NCBI GenBank assembly: GCA_038087875.1
Contig: JAXLNO010000079.1
Span: 1-64,000, forward strand
From: Malacoraja senta
Taxonomy: Eukaryota
DNA length: 64,000 bases
Direction: 5' to 3'
Shown: positions 46,359-59,384 of the stretch, one piece after another
Numbering within the stretch: position 1 is the stretch's first letter
How the letters are laid out: each line of letters starts with the position of its first letter
Translations under genes and position numbers: made by a program
The notes under the pieces: generated by a model
Seen by the model: only the letters and a program-made list of their open reading frames with translations
What the model was told of the DNA's origin: nothing
Database searches by the model: none

Positions 46359-48264
46359 CACCGCCAACTCTCGGACACCTCCTCCTACTTACCCCTGGAC
46401 CATGACCCCACTGACGAGCACCAGGCCACCATCTCCAGCACCATCACCGACTTCATCCACTCCCACGCCCTGCCCTCCCCGACCGAGCCTCCAACCTCAT
46501 CGTTCCCCAGCCCCGCACGGCCCGATTTTACCTTCTCCCCAAAATCCACAAACCTGACTGTCCCGGTAGACCCATTGTCTCTGTCTGTTCGTGCCCCACC
46601 GAACTCATCTCCACCTACCTCGACTCCATCCTATTCAAGACACCTCAGACACTCTCCATCGTCTCCGCGCATTCCACTCTCTAGGCCCTCACCCCCTCAT
46701 CTTCACCATGGACGTCCAGTCATTGTACACCTCCATCCCCCACCAGGATGGTCTCGAAGCCCTCCGGTTTTTCCTCGACCGAAGAAGCAACCTATACCCG
46801 GCCACTGACACCCTCCTCCGCCTAGCGGAGCAGGTCCTTACCCTCAATAACTTCTCATTTGACTCCTCCCATTTCCTCCAAATACAAGGCATAGCTATGG
46901 GCACATGCATGGGCCCCAGCTACGCCTGCCTCTTTGTCGGGTACGTAGAACAATCCTTGTTCAAATCGTACCAGGGCCCCATCCCCGACCTCTACCTCCG
47001 CTACATCGATGGCTATTTTGGTGCCACATCCTGCACCCACACACAACTGACTGACTTCATCCGCTTCACCACCAACTTCCATCCGGCACTCAAATACACC
47101 TGGACCATTTCCGACACTTCCCTGCCATTCCTTGACCTCACTATCTCCATCGCAGGTGATAGACTTCTTACCGACATCCATCACAAACCTACCGACTCCC
47201 ATGGCTATCTGGACACTTCTTCCCACCCTGCTTCCTGCATCCCCCACTCCCAATTCCTCCGTCTACGCCGCATCTGCTCCCAGGATGAGGCGTTCCACAC
47301 CAGGGCATCCGAAATGTCCTCATTCTTCAGGGAAGGGGGGTTCCCCTCCTCCACCATAGATGAGGCTCGCACCAGTGTCTCTGCCATACCCCGCAACACT
47401 GCTCTCTCTCCCCATCCCCCCACTCACAACAAGGGCAGAGTCCCCCTAGTCCTCACCTTTCACCCCACCAGCCGTCACATACAACAAGTAATCCTCCGTC
47501 AGTTTCGCCACCTCCAACGTGACCCCACCACTCGCCACATCTTCCCATCTCCCCCCATGTCTGCCTTCCGCAAAGACCGCTCCCTCCGTAACTCCCTTGT
47601 CAATTCTTCCCTTCCGTCCCGTACCACCCCCTCCCCGGGTACTTTCCCTTGCAACCGCAAGAGATGCAACACTTGTCCCTTCACCTCCCCCCTCGACTCC
47701 ATTCAAGGACCTAAGCAGTCGTTCCAGGTGCGACAGAGGTTCACCTGCATCTCCTCCAACCTCATCTATTGCATCCGCTGCTCTAGGTGCCAGCTGATCT
47801 ACATCGGTGAGACCAAGCGGAGGCTTGGCGATCGTTTCGCCGAACACCTCAGGTCGGTCCGCAATAACCAACCTGACCTCCGGGTGGCTCAGCACTTCAA
47901 CTCCCCCTCCCATTCCGAATCTGACCTCTCTGTCCTGGGTCTCCTCCATGGCCACAGCGAGCAACACCGGAAATTGGAGGAAATGCACCTCATATTCCGC
48001 TTGGGCAGTCTACATCCTGGGGGCTTGAACATTGAATTCTCCCAATTCTGCTAGCCCTTGCTGTCCCCTCCCCTTCATCAGCCATCTGGTTGTCTCCTCC
48101 CCTCCCCCAGCCCTCGGGCTCCTCCTCCTCCTTTTTTCCTTTTTTCCTTTCTTCTCCCCACCCCCTATCAGTCTGAAGAAGGGTTTCGGCCCGAAACGTT
48201 GCCTATTTCCTTTGCTCCATAGATGCTGCTGCACCCGCTGAATTTCTCCAGCATTTTTGTGTAC
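46359..48264 (+). mobile_element. Penelope-like retroelement (RT and GIY-YIG endonuclease) in B3GNT7 intron
   Basis: ORF 46591-48054: DVQSLYTSIP, GIAMGT, YLRYIDG (YxDD degenerate), LPFLD, LIYCIRC...YIGETKRRLGDRFAEH, HFN; terminal hammerhead motif. Confidence 0.92.
48171..48202 (+). ncRNA. Minimal type I hammerhead ribozyme motif
   Basis: CUGAAGA 48173-48179, stem II GGGU-UUCG-GCCC 48181-48192, GAAAC 48193-48197, GUU cleavage triplet 48198-48200; local helix I only about 2 bp. Confidence 0.65.
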
Positions 48265-48688
48265 CACCAATTGAAACTGATGGTCAGGTTGACTGACCAA
48301 GTCCACTCCCTTCATCCCAAACACAACTCTGAGTGGGATCTACAGACCTTGACTGTGGCAACATCTCCACCTACAGAATGGTACAACTGCCCTTTCTGTC
48401 AAGGTTGAGAACCATCAATGACACCTTCATTCCTAGTGTATGTTTCATCTAGAGTGGAGTTGCCACAACTGGCTGGGTCTTTTCCTGAAGGGTTGTTGGT
48501 GTGATGTAACTCTCCAGTCTGCAGGTAGCATTGCACTCAGCAGCTTGCCAGCTATTGCTGAGTTTCTCCTGCTTGCTTAGCATCTCACACAGACATGGCA
48601 AGAGGTCCTGAGAATTTAAACAAGCATTAGCTTCAGGGTAAGTGAAACACAAAGTCATTTATGATAATTGTAGCTCGTATCGTATAGA

Positions 48689-50112
48689 ATGGATTAAAGG
48701 CCGATAAATCCCCAGGGCCAGATAAGTGGCATCCCAGAGTACTTAAGGAAGTAGCCCCAGAAATAGTGGATGCATTAGTGATAATTTTTCAAAACTCTTT
48801 AGATTCTGGAGTAGTTCCTGAGGAATGGAGGGTAGCTAATGTAACCCCACTTTTTAAAAAGAGAGGGAGAGAGAAAACGGGGAATTACAGACCAGTTAGT
48901 CTAACATTGGTAGTGGGGAAAATGCTAGAGTCAGTTATTAAAGATGGGATAGCAGCACATTTGGAAAGTGGTGAAATCATTGGACAAAGTCAGCATGGAT
49001 TTATGAAAGGTAAATCATGTCTGACGAATCTTATAGAATTTTTCGAGGATGTAACTAGTAGAGTGGATAAGGGAGAACCAGTGGATGTATTATATCTGGA
49101 CTTTCAGAAGGCTTTCGACAAGGTCCCACATAAGAGATTAGTATGCAAACTTAAAGCACATGGTATTGGGGGTTCAGTATTGATGTGGATAGAGAACTGG
49201 TTGGCAGACAGGAAGCAAAGAGTAGGAGTAAACGGGTCCTTTTCAGAAATGGCAGGCAGTGACTAGTGGGGTACCACAAGGCTCAGTGCTGGGACCCCAG
49301 CTATTTACAATATAAATGATCTGGATGAGGGAATTGAATGCAACATCTCCAAGTTTGCGGAATGGTGGCCGATTAGGAAAAGGGGAGATGCAACGAGACC
49401 TGGGTGTCATGGTACACCAGTCATTGAAAGTAGGCATGCAGGTGCAGCAGGCAGTGAAGAAAGCGAATGGTATGTTAGCATTCATAGCAAAAGGATTTGA
49501 GTATAAGAGCAGGGAGGTTCTACTGCAGTTGTACAGGGTCTTGGTGAGACCACACCTGGAGTATTGCGTACAGTTTTGGTCTCCTAATCTGAGGAAAGAC
49601 ATTCTTGCCATAGAGGGAGTACAGAGAAGGTTCAGACTGATTCCTGGGATGGCAGGACTTTCCATATGAAGAAAGACTGGATAGACTTGGCTTGTACTCG
49701 CTAGAATTTAGAAGATTGAGGGGGGATCTTATAGAAACGTACAAAATTCTTAAGGGGTTGGACAGGCTAGATGCAGGAAGATTGTTCCCGATGTTGGGGA
49801 AGTCCAGAACAAGGGGTCACAGTTTAAGGATAAGGGGGAAGTCTTTTAGGACCGAGATGAGGAAATCATTTTTTACACAGAGAGTGGTGAATCTGTGGAA
49901 TTCTCTGCCACAGAAGGTAGTTGAGGCCAGTTCATTGGTTATATTTATGAGGGAGTTAGATGTGGCTATTGTGGCTAAAGAGATCTGGGGGTATGGAGAG
50001 AAGGCAGGTACAGGATACTGAGTTGGATGATCAGCCATGATCATATTGAATGGCGGTGCAGGCTCGAAGGGCCGAATGGCCTACTCCTACACCTATTTTC
50101 TATGTTTCTATG
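48689..50112 (+). mobile_element. CR1-type LINE 3' half with internal deletion
   Basis: RT motifs, ORF2 C-terminus, ttctatgtttctatg tail. Confidence 0.9.
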
Positions 50113-50348
50113 TATATTCTTTCTGTTCATTGCGTTAACCTAATCGAGGCCCCAGGCTATCTCAGGCCAATGGGATGCACATTTTATACACATTCCGATT
50201 TGCTGTATACTGGAGATGTGATCAACTGGAGGAAGTTAGACTGGGTTTTGGACTTAACGTGACATCGATGATCAAGTGTTTGTGGACAGCGTGCTTGGGG
50301 AAATATTCCTGTGCAGTTTGATGGCGAGAGAGAGAGAAAGTTACTCAC

Positions 50349-50401
50349 CTCCCGATGGCCCCTAACTCGGGCATCTTTCAAAGTCCGGAGGAGGGGGCTA
50401 C
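50349..50401 (-). CDS. B3GNT7: Candidate B3GNT7 start-codon exon (MPELGAIG-R)
   Basis: Minus strand: pyrimidine tract then cag| at 50402, aaagATG at 50374, AG|GTGAGT donor at 50348; phase 2 joins in frame to the main exon. Confidence 0.5.
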
Positions 50402-52079
50402 CTGCCAGTGCGGAAGCAGGAGAACCCCCCCCCCCCCACAATGTGTGTCTCAGGAATGTGGGCAAGGGGCAGAAACAACAGCCGGGGGGGGGGGTGAATC
50501 TGCAATTAGGGTGTTTCTGCAACAATCCAGGATAGGATGATGCCTCCCTCGTGCCTCAGCTAAGACTGTCCTCACTGCACGGCGCCAGCGGGTGTTTGCC
50601 CGGTGATGCAGCAGGTAGTGCAGCTGTCTCACCCACACTCCCCGACCAAATCCACGCTACCCCACACACAACAAATTCTCACCCTTTACCCACAGCTTCT
50701 ACCTCACCCCCACTCCCCCTCTTCCCCACTCCCCTCCCCCCCACTCCCTCTCCCCTCCCGGGAATTGCACCGCAGCTCCAGACAGGGCAACTCTAGAACA
50801 GAACAAGACGACTATTTGTACATGTTCCCATTCCTTCAGAACAATCACATAGTGCGATATGTTCCAGTCACACTTAGTTGTTTTAAACAGACCTTCAATG
50901 CAATACGAAACAAACCTCATTCCGGGCCTCCCTGATGTTTGGATTTACAATGCAGGTAATAATGTACCAAGCTGCCTGCAACCGGCTCATATTCCCCACC
51001 AGATGTGGAAATCCATCTTTCAGGATGAGAAAACCCCCCAGCAAATTAACATAGCATCAAGATTGCCAAACCATTCTAAACAATTGTAACCGACAAATAT
51101 CACGGTCAAGGCAGGTGTTGTTGAAATCGGATAAATCCTCACACTTCCCTCATGACCACATCCCACCCCTGACCATCAGGCCAATGACCATGTCCCACAC
51201 GTGACCATCACCCCGTTAACTGCCAGACAAGCACTGACCTCACTTCTTTTGTTCATCCTTTCACAGCTTTCTGTGTCAGTCCCACAAGCACGCACTGTCC
51301 ACTTCAGATTCAGGTTAGTTCATTGTCAGATACATCAGAGTGCAGCTCAGAGTAAGCAACATACACAGAAATTACAGCTCAATACGACGTGAAGAGCAGC
51401 TACGATGCAAGGCTGTAACACACAGAAGTGTCAAAGTACAATCATGGAATAATTGAATGAGGTGGAGTTAAGAATACGTACGTGGCAGCACCTCCCCTCC
51501 AGCACCTCCCCTCCATCCACAAGCAGCAAGTTCTCATCCACCAAAATAAATGTTCTCACTATCTTTTCTCACTTATCCAGTCCTCTCAATATCAGCAAGA
51601 CAAAGGAGACAGTGATCAACTTCAGGAAGTGAAGTGGTACACATACCCCAGTTTGCATTGATGGTGCTGAAGTAGAGAAGGTTGAAAACTTCAAATTCCT
51701 AGGAGTCAATACCAGTACCTCATGATAGTGAGGGTAGGAACAGGGAGATAGGGGATCTGAATATGTGGCTGAGAAGTTTCTGCAGGGGGTTGGGATTTAG
51801 ATTTCTAGACCACTGGGATCTCTTCTGGGGCAGGGGTGACCTGTACAAAAGGGACGGGTTGCACCTTAATTGGAAGGGGACTGACATTCTGCCAGGCAGG
51901 TTTGCATGTGCTACACCTTGTCACTTCAGACTGACAGGGTGATGTCGACCCTGTCGTAATCCCAAAAAAGGGATGCATTTTGGGAACTTAAACCAGGGCA
52001 GGACATACAAAGTAAATGACAGAAACCTGGGAAGTGTTGTTCAATGGGGTACAAGTATGTAGTTAACAATCTCTATGTT

Positions 52080-52208
52080 TAAGAAAGAACCGCAGATGCT
52101 GGAAAAATCGAAGATAGACAAAAATGCTGGAGAAACTCAGCGGGTGAGGCAGCATCTATGGAGCGAAGGAATAGGTGACGTTTCGGGTCGAGACCCTTCT
52201 TCAGACTG
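52080..52208 (-). mobile_element. Short Penelope-terminus element with intact hammerhead core
   Basis: Minus strand gtCTGAAGAaGGGTctcgACCC-GAAAC-GTC at 52175-52206, followed by the terminal segment. Confidence 0.75.
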
Positions 52209-53483
52209 AAAAATTAGTTTAAAATCTCAATATTCCTTTCGCTTTCAACACAAGTCAAAGTTAAGTGATAATTGAGTTTGGCGATGTAGCGTATTGTATT
52301 TTTTCCACACAATTAAAATAACCAGATTACAGTTAAAGCCATGTAGAATACAAGAACAGCATTTAAAATACAGCTCAGAAAAACAGTGAAGTTCTGGATA
52401 AATGAATAAACTTCAGACTCACAGCAGAAGATGAAGATCAAAAACCATGGTCATGCAATCATTACACTGATTAGAAAGCCCGACAAATGAAATTAATAAA
52501 CTACATGTCATTAAAATGTTTCCAAACTGCATTAAACAATATTTTAAGAAGACCATATCAATGCCACTATCTTTGAATGAGCCCAATTGTTTCTCTCAAC
52601 TGTAAGAGCACAAGTGCCCGCGAGGCACCTCCAAGTGTAAGTAATCATACCCAAAAATATTAGTTTTCCATCAATCAATCATAAATTAAATAGTGATGAT
52701 TATAGAATGGGGTCACCTCTATCTGGTATCATCCATTCATTATCAGGTTCCCTCATTAAACTTTCATCGAGGAAACGCCTGCCTGTATCATACAATGGAG
52801 ACTCAGTTACACTAAATTCTGAATAATAATATCAATGTACTTTTTCTTTTACTGCAAATGCTTCGAGGTACACAAGACCGAATCGTCAGCCACCTAAAGG
52901 CCTGAACAATTGTGGTTAATAAAAAGGATGGTGCGTGTAGAAGCAAAGAACTGCAGATACTGGTTTATACCAAAGATAGACACAAAGCACGTAGTTACTC
53001 CAGCACTTTGTGTCTATGAATGGTGCTATGTTAAAGAGTGCTCCGAGATTACCACAAGCACACCTGTTCCATAACAACTGTGATCATTCTGAGCTGCAAG
53101 ATGACAATTTCCTCCGCTTCACACACTCTGAGACACAAATATGCTTCCGCCATTGGACTTCGGAGAGTGGACGGTTGATTTTTAAAAACTAATTCCAGCT
53201 GCAACATGATTGGGCCTTCAGCTTTTCTCATGATTCTGCAGCTCAAGAAAGCTCCTGTAGAGTCAGAAGCAACAGGAGCAAAAGACAAAGTGCTGGTGGA
53301 ACTCAGTGGGTCAAGCAGCATCTGTGGAGGCAATGGACAGATGATATTTCAGGTCAGGACCCTTCTTCAGGCTCTCCTGTTTTCCAACCATGTTCTGACC
53401 CAGGCTCATTCATAGAACTATGCACCTACAGTAAGTCTGAAGGACTCCGAACAAAAACGTCTGTCTATTCCCTCCACAGATGC

Positions 53484-53560
53484 TCCCTGACCTGCTGAGT
53501 GACCCATGACCAGCTGAGTGACCCCTGACCGGCTGAGTGACCCCTGACCGGCTGAGTGCC
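53484..53560 (+). repeat. 19-bp tandem repeat, about 4 copies
   Basis: gctgagtgacccctgaccg units derived from the Penelope terminal segment. Confidence 0.7.
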
Positions 53561-54318
53561 TCCAACCTATTGTTTTTTTCTCAGGATTCTAACATCTGTA
53601 ACTTCTCAGAAGCAACAAGTTCATTTTCTAACTTTAGATTGGAAACATAACCTTTGTTCTTGCCAACGATAACGCTGCGTCCATGTATAAAAATATAATA
53701 TTTAGAATATAGTGTCAAGAACATAGAAAATAGTGCAGGAGTAGACCATTCGGCCCTTCGAGCCAGCCCCCGCCATTCAATGTGATCATGGCTGATCATC
53801 TAAAATCAGTACCCCGTTCCTGCTTTTCCCCCATATCCCTTGATTCCCTTAGCCCTAAGAGCTAAATCTAACTCTCTCTTGAAAACTCCGTCTGCCTCCG
53901 CCATCACCCCAGCAGCGCGTTCCGGGTACTCATCACCCATTGTTTTGCCAGCTAAACTCCTTTAAATCAGGTTTGACAGAATGGTCTGTGCAACATTTCA
54001 CAAAGTTCGTAGCACAGTCGTCGCTCAGCCGCGGACCTGCCCCGCTTTGTCCTGTCCTGCCCTGCCCTGCCCTGCCCTGCTCTCTCCCAGTCCCACCACA
54101 ATCAGTCAGAAAAAGCGTCCCTACCCGAATCGTCGCCTATCCATGTTCTCCACAGATGCTGCTTGATTCTCTGAGTTACTCCAGCACTCTGTGTCTTTAG
54201 TAAACCAGCATCTGCAGTTCTTTGTTTCAACCTTGTTCAGTAACTTTCTGATTTCAGGACTCAAACCTTGAAATAAATTCTCTCGGCAAATGTGAGCAGA
54301 ACGTAACGTCTCACTTAC

Positions 54319-54520
54319 CTGAACGCGACCAAGACAGACTCGGACTCAGAACAGGAGCCGGAGTCAGGACCAGGAGCTGGAGCCGGAATCGAACCGGAGT
54401 CAGGACCGGGATCGGGATCGGGATCGGGAGCGGCAGGCGAGGCGCTGATTGGCCGGGAGCCTGGACCGGTCCCTCGCTCTCTGTCCGGTCGCGTTGTCCG
54501 GCCGCGGATGAACGGCGCCG
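54319..54520 (-). promoter_or_regulatory. B3GNT7: Candidate B3GNT7 promoter and non-coding exon 1
   Basis: CpG-rich patch, CCAAT on the minus strand near 54448, perfect donor CAG|GTAAGT at 54319/54318, ggatcg hexamer repeats. Confidence 0.55.
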
Positions 54521-54524
54521 CTGG

Positions 54525-54705
54525 GCGGAGGAGCTGCTGCCTCAGCGCCAGGGACCCGGGTTTCATCCTGATCTCGGGTGCTGCCTGTGTGGAGTTTGTC
54601 CGTTCTCCCCGTGACCACGGGTGCTCCGGTCTCTTACCACATTCCAAAGACATGTAGGTTAATTGCTTTCTGTAAATTGTCTCCTCACGTGTCACAGATC
54701 TAGTG
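54525..54705 (+). mobile_element. tRNA-derived V-type SINE (HE1-like)
   Basis: gctgctgcctcagcgccagggacccgggtttcatcc head and gtgtggagtttg.ccgttctccccgtg core. Confidence 0.7.
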
Positions 54706-54713
54706 TGGACGGG

Positions 54714-54882
54714 TGTAGGAAGGAACTGCAGATGCTGCTTTAAACCGAAAGTAGACACAAAACGCTGGAGTAACTCAGCGGGACAGGCAGCATCTCTGGA
54801 GAGAAGGAATGGGCGACGTTTCGGGTCCGTCTCTCCAGAGACGCTGCCTGTTCCGCTGAGTTACTCCAGCATTTTCTGTCTT
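54714..54882. mobile_element. Fold-back Penelope-terminus element
   Basis: gctggagtaactcagcgggacaggcagcatctctggaga and tctccagagacgctgcctgttccgctgagttactccagc are inverted arms. Confidence 0.7.
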
Positions 54883-55337
54883 TCTTTAGTGTGAAAGGGT
54901 GATGGATGGTCGGCATGGATTCGGTGGGCCGAAGGGCCTGTTTCCATGTTGCATCTCTCCAATCAACCAATCATAGTTGGCTAGTTAGTTTCCTTCACAC
55001 ATACGTTTCTCTAAACTCTGTCCACCATTACAGATTTTATCTCTTAAGTAAATCAAAAATATGATCTCACATGAACTGAGATAATGTCCTGAACCCGTTA
55101 CTAATTGCACGTGTCTGCTCAAGAGTGTAAAGGACTGAGGCATACAGCAATTTTAGCTCTGCTGTGCAATGGTACAGATTGGCCCCAATTTGTATAACGT
55201 CGATTCTGCAATAGAAACATAGAAAAATAGGTGCAGGAGTAGGCTATTGGCCCCTTCAGGTCAGCACCGCCATTCAATATGATCATGGCTGATCATCTAA
55301 AATCAGTCCCCTGTTCCTGCTTTTTCCCCATATCCCT

Positions 55338-56360
55338 ATGCATTGGAAATTATTTTTCAATGTTCTATCGACTCTGGATCAGTTCCTGTGGACTGGAAGG
55401 TAACGGGGAATTATAGTCCAGTTAGCCTTACATCGGTAGTGGGGAAGATGATGGAGTCAATTATTAAAGATGTTATAGCAGCGCATTTGGAAAGCAGTGA
55501 CTGGATCGGTCAAAGTCAGCATGGAATTATGAAGGGAAAAGCTTGACTAATCTTCTGGAATTTTTTGAGGATGTAACAAGTAGAATGGATAAGGGAGAGC
55601 CAGTGGATGTGGTGTATCTGGACTTTCAAAAAGCCTTTGACAAGGTCCCACACAAGAGATTAGTGTGCAAAATTAGAGCACATGGTATTGGGGGTAGGGT
55701 ATTGACATGGATAGAGAACTGGTTGGCAGACAGGAAGCAAAGAGTAGGAATTAATGGGTCCTTTTCAGAATGGCAGGCAGTGACTAATGGGGTGCCACAA
55801 GACTCGATGCTGGGACCCCAGTTGTTTACAATATATATTAACGATTTAGACGAAGGAATTAAATGTAACATCTCTAAGTTTGCAGATGACACAAAGCTGG
55901 GTGGCAGTGTGAGCTGCGAGGAGGATGCTATGAGGCTGCAGTGTGACTTGGATAGGTTGGATGAGTGGGCAGAAGCATGGCAGTTGCAGTATAATGTGGA
56001 TAAATGTGAGGTTATCCACTTCGGTGGCAAGAACAGGAAGGCAGATTGTTATCTGAATGGTGTCAGATTAGGAGAAGGGGAGGTGCAACGAGACCTGGGT
56101 GTGCTTGTACATCAGTCACTGAAAGTAAACATTCAGGCAGTGAAGAAAGCTAATGGCATGTTGGCCTTCATTGCGAGAGGATTTGAGTTAGGAACAAGGA
56201 GGTCCTACTGTAGTTGTACCGCACCTGGAGTATTGTGTGCAATTTTGGTCTCCGAATTTGAGGAATGACATTGCTATTGAGGGAGTGCAGTGTAGGTTCA
56301 CCAGGTTGATTCCTGGATGGCGGGACTGACGTATGATGAAAGAAAGGGTCGACGGCTTGT
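55338..56360 (+). mobile_element. Older CR1-type LINE (continues at 59087-59389 and 63207-63299)
   Basis: RT ORF 55543-56268; ggcttgt|attcactggaa rejoins across the nested CR1. Confidence 0.85.
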
Positions 56361-59086
56361 GGGCAAAAATCAAAAAGGGCCACTTTTCAACATAATTGTA
56401 TAAGGGGTAAAAGCGTTGTAAGAACAAGCCTGAGGGCTTTGTGTCTCAATGCAAGGAGCTTTCGTAATAAGGTGGATGAGTTGAATGTGCAGATAGCTAT
56501 TAATGATTATGATATAGTTGGGATCACGGAGACATGGCTCCAGGGTGACCAAGGCTGGGAGCTGAACATCTAGGGATATTCAATATTAGGAGGGATAGAC
56601 AGAAAGGAAAAGAAGTTGGGGTAGCGTTGCTGGTTAGAGAGCAAATTAACGCAATAGATTGGAAGGACATTAGCTTGGAGGAAGTGGGATAGTTATCTAA
56701 ACCAACATGTAGAGGAACCAACGAGAGAGCAGGCTATTCTAGACTTGGTATTGAGTAATGAGGAAGGGTTAGTTAGCAGTCTTGTTGTGCGTGGCCCCTT
56801 GGGCAAGAGTGACCATAATATGGTTGTTCTTCATTAGGATGGAGAGTGACATTGTTAATTCAGAAACAAGGGTTCTGAACTTAAAGAAAGGTAACTTTGA
56901 GGGTATGAGACGTGATTTGGCCAAGATTGACTGGCAATTGATTCTTAAAGGGTTGACGGTGGATATGCAATGGAAGGCATTTAAAGACTGCATGGATGAA
57001 CTACAACAATTGTTCATCCCAGTTTGGCAAAAGAATAAATCAGGGAAGATAGTGCATCTGTGGATAACAAGGGAAATCAGGGATAGTATCAAAACAAAAG
57101 ATGAAGCGTACAAATTAGCCAGAAAAAGCAGCCTACCAGAGGACTGGGAGAAATTCAGAGTCCAGCAGAGGAGGACAAAGGGCTTAATTAGGAAAGGGAA
57201 AATAGATTATGAAAGAAAACAGGCAGGGAACATAAAAACTGACTGCAAAAGTTTTTATAGATATGTGAAGAGAAAAAGATTAGTTAAAACAAATGTAGGT
57301 CCCTTGCAGTCAGAAACAGGTGAATTGATCATGGGGAACAAGGACATGGCAGACCAATTGAATAACTACTTTGGTTCTGTCTTCACTAAGGAAGACATAA
57401 ATAATCTGCCGGAAATAGCAGGGGACCGCGGGTCAAATGAGATGGAGGAACTGAGTGAAATCCAGGTTAGCCGGGAAGTGGTGTTAGGTAAATTGAATGG
57501 ATTAAAGGCCGATAAATCCCCAGGGCCAGATAGGCTGCATCCCAGAGTACTTAAGGGAGTAGCCCCAGAAATAATGGATGCATTAGTGATAATTTTTCAA
57601 AACTCCTTTGATTCTGGAGTAGTTCCTGAGGATTGGAGAGTAGCTAATTAACCCCACTTTTAAAAAATGGAGGGAGATAGAAAACGGGGAATTACAGACC
57701 AGTTAGTCTAACATCGGTAGTGGGGAAACTGCTAGAGTCAGTTATTAAAGATGGGATAGCAGCACATTTGGAAAGTGGTGAAATCATTGGACAAAGTCAG
57801 CATGGATTTACGACAGGTAAATCATGTCTGACGAATCTTATAGTATTTTTCGAGGATGTAACTAGTAGAGTGGATAAGGGAGAACCAGTGGATGTGTTAT
57901 ATCTTGACTTTCAAAAGGCTTTCGACAAGGTCCCATATAAGAGATTAGTATACAAACTTAAAGCACACGGTATTGGAGGTTCAGTATTGATGTGGATAGA
58001 GAACTGGCTGGCAAACAGGAAGCAAAGAGTAGGAGTAAACGGGTCCTTTTCAGAATGGCAGGCAGTGACTAGTGGGGTACCGCAAGGCTCAGTGCTGGGA
58101 CTCCAGCTATTTACAATATATATTAATGATTTGGACAAGGGAATTGAATGCAACATCTCCAAGTTTGCAGATGATCCAAAGCTGGGGGGCAGTGTTAGCT
58201 GTGAGGAGGGTGTTAGGAGGCTGCAAAATGACTTGGATAGGCTGGGTGAGTGGGCAAATGCATGGCAGATGCAGTATAATGTGGATAAATGTGAGGTTAT
58301 CCACTTTGGTGGCAAAAACAGGAACGTAGACTATTACCTGAATGGTGTCCGATAAGGAAAAGGGGAGAAGCAACGAGATCTGGGTGTCATGGTACACCAG
58401 TCATTGAAAGTAGGCATGCAGGTGCAGCAGGCAGTGAAGAAAGCGAATGGTATGTTAGCATTCATAGCAAAAGGATTTGAGTATAGGAGCAGGGAGGTTC
58501 TACTGCAGTTGTACAGGGTCTTGGTGAGACCACACCTGGAGTATTTCGTACAGTTTTGGTCTCCAAATCTGAGGAAAGACATTCTTGCCATAGAGGGAGT
58601 ACAGAGAAGGTTCACCAGACTGATTCCTGGGATGTCAGGACTTTCATATGAAGAAAGACTGGATAGACTCGGCTTGTACTCGCCAGAATTTAGAAGATTG
58701 AGGGGGGGATGTTATAGAAACTTACAAAATTCTTAAGGGGTTGGACAGGCTAGATGCAGGAAAATTGTTCCCGATGTTAGGGAAGTCCAGGACAAGGGGT
58801 CACAGTTTAAGGATAAAGGGGAAATCTTTTAGGACCGAGATAAGAAAAACATTTTTCACACAGAGAGTGGTGAATCTCTGGAATTCTCTGCCACAGAAGT
58901 TAGTTGAGGCCAGTTCATTGGCTATATTTAAGAGGGAGTTAGATGTGGCCCTTGTGGCTAAAGGGACCAGGGGGTATGGAGAGAAGGCAGGTACAGGATA
59001 CTGAGTTGGATGATCAGCCATGATCATATTGAATGGCGGTGCAGGCTCGAAGGGCCGAATGTCCTACTCCTGCACCTATTTTCTAT
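56361..59086 (+). mobile_element. Near-full ORF2 CR1-type LINE nested in the older CR1
   Basis: APE endonuclease start (LNAR, DIVGITETWL), RT motifs, 3' UTR; several frameshifts. Confidence 0.9.
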
Positions 59087-59384
59087 GTATTCACTGGAAT
59101 TTAGGATGAGAGGATATCATAGAAAAATATATAAAATTCTTAGAGGATTGGACAGGGAAAAATGTTTCCGATGCTGGGGGAGTCCAGAACCACGGGTCAC
59201 AGTTTAAGAATAAGGGGTAGGCCATTTCGGACTGAGATGAAGAAAAATGTTTTCAATCAGAGAGAGTTGTGAATCTGTGGAATTCTCTGCCACAGAAGGC
59301 AGTGGAGGCCAATTCACTGGATGTTTTCAACAGAGAGTTATATTTAGCTCAAGGGATATGGGGAAAAACAGGAACGGGGTACTG

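Noticed and set aside
53484..53560. Short regular repeats as a CRISPR-like array
   Set aside because: Head-to-tail 19-mers without unique spacers, in a eukaryotic context
54315..54758. 147-aa ORF in frame with B3GNT7 as a long N-terminal extension
   Set aside because: Its start codons lie inside SINE and Penelope-derived sequence upstream of the CCAAT box; it is low-complexity and more likely promoter and 5' UTR
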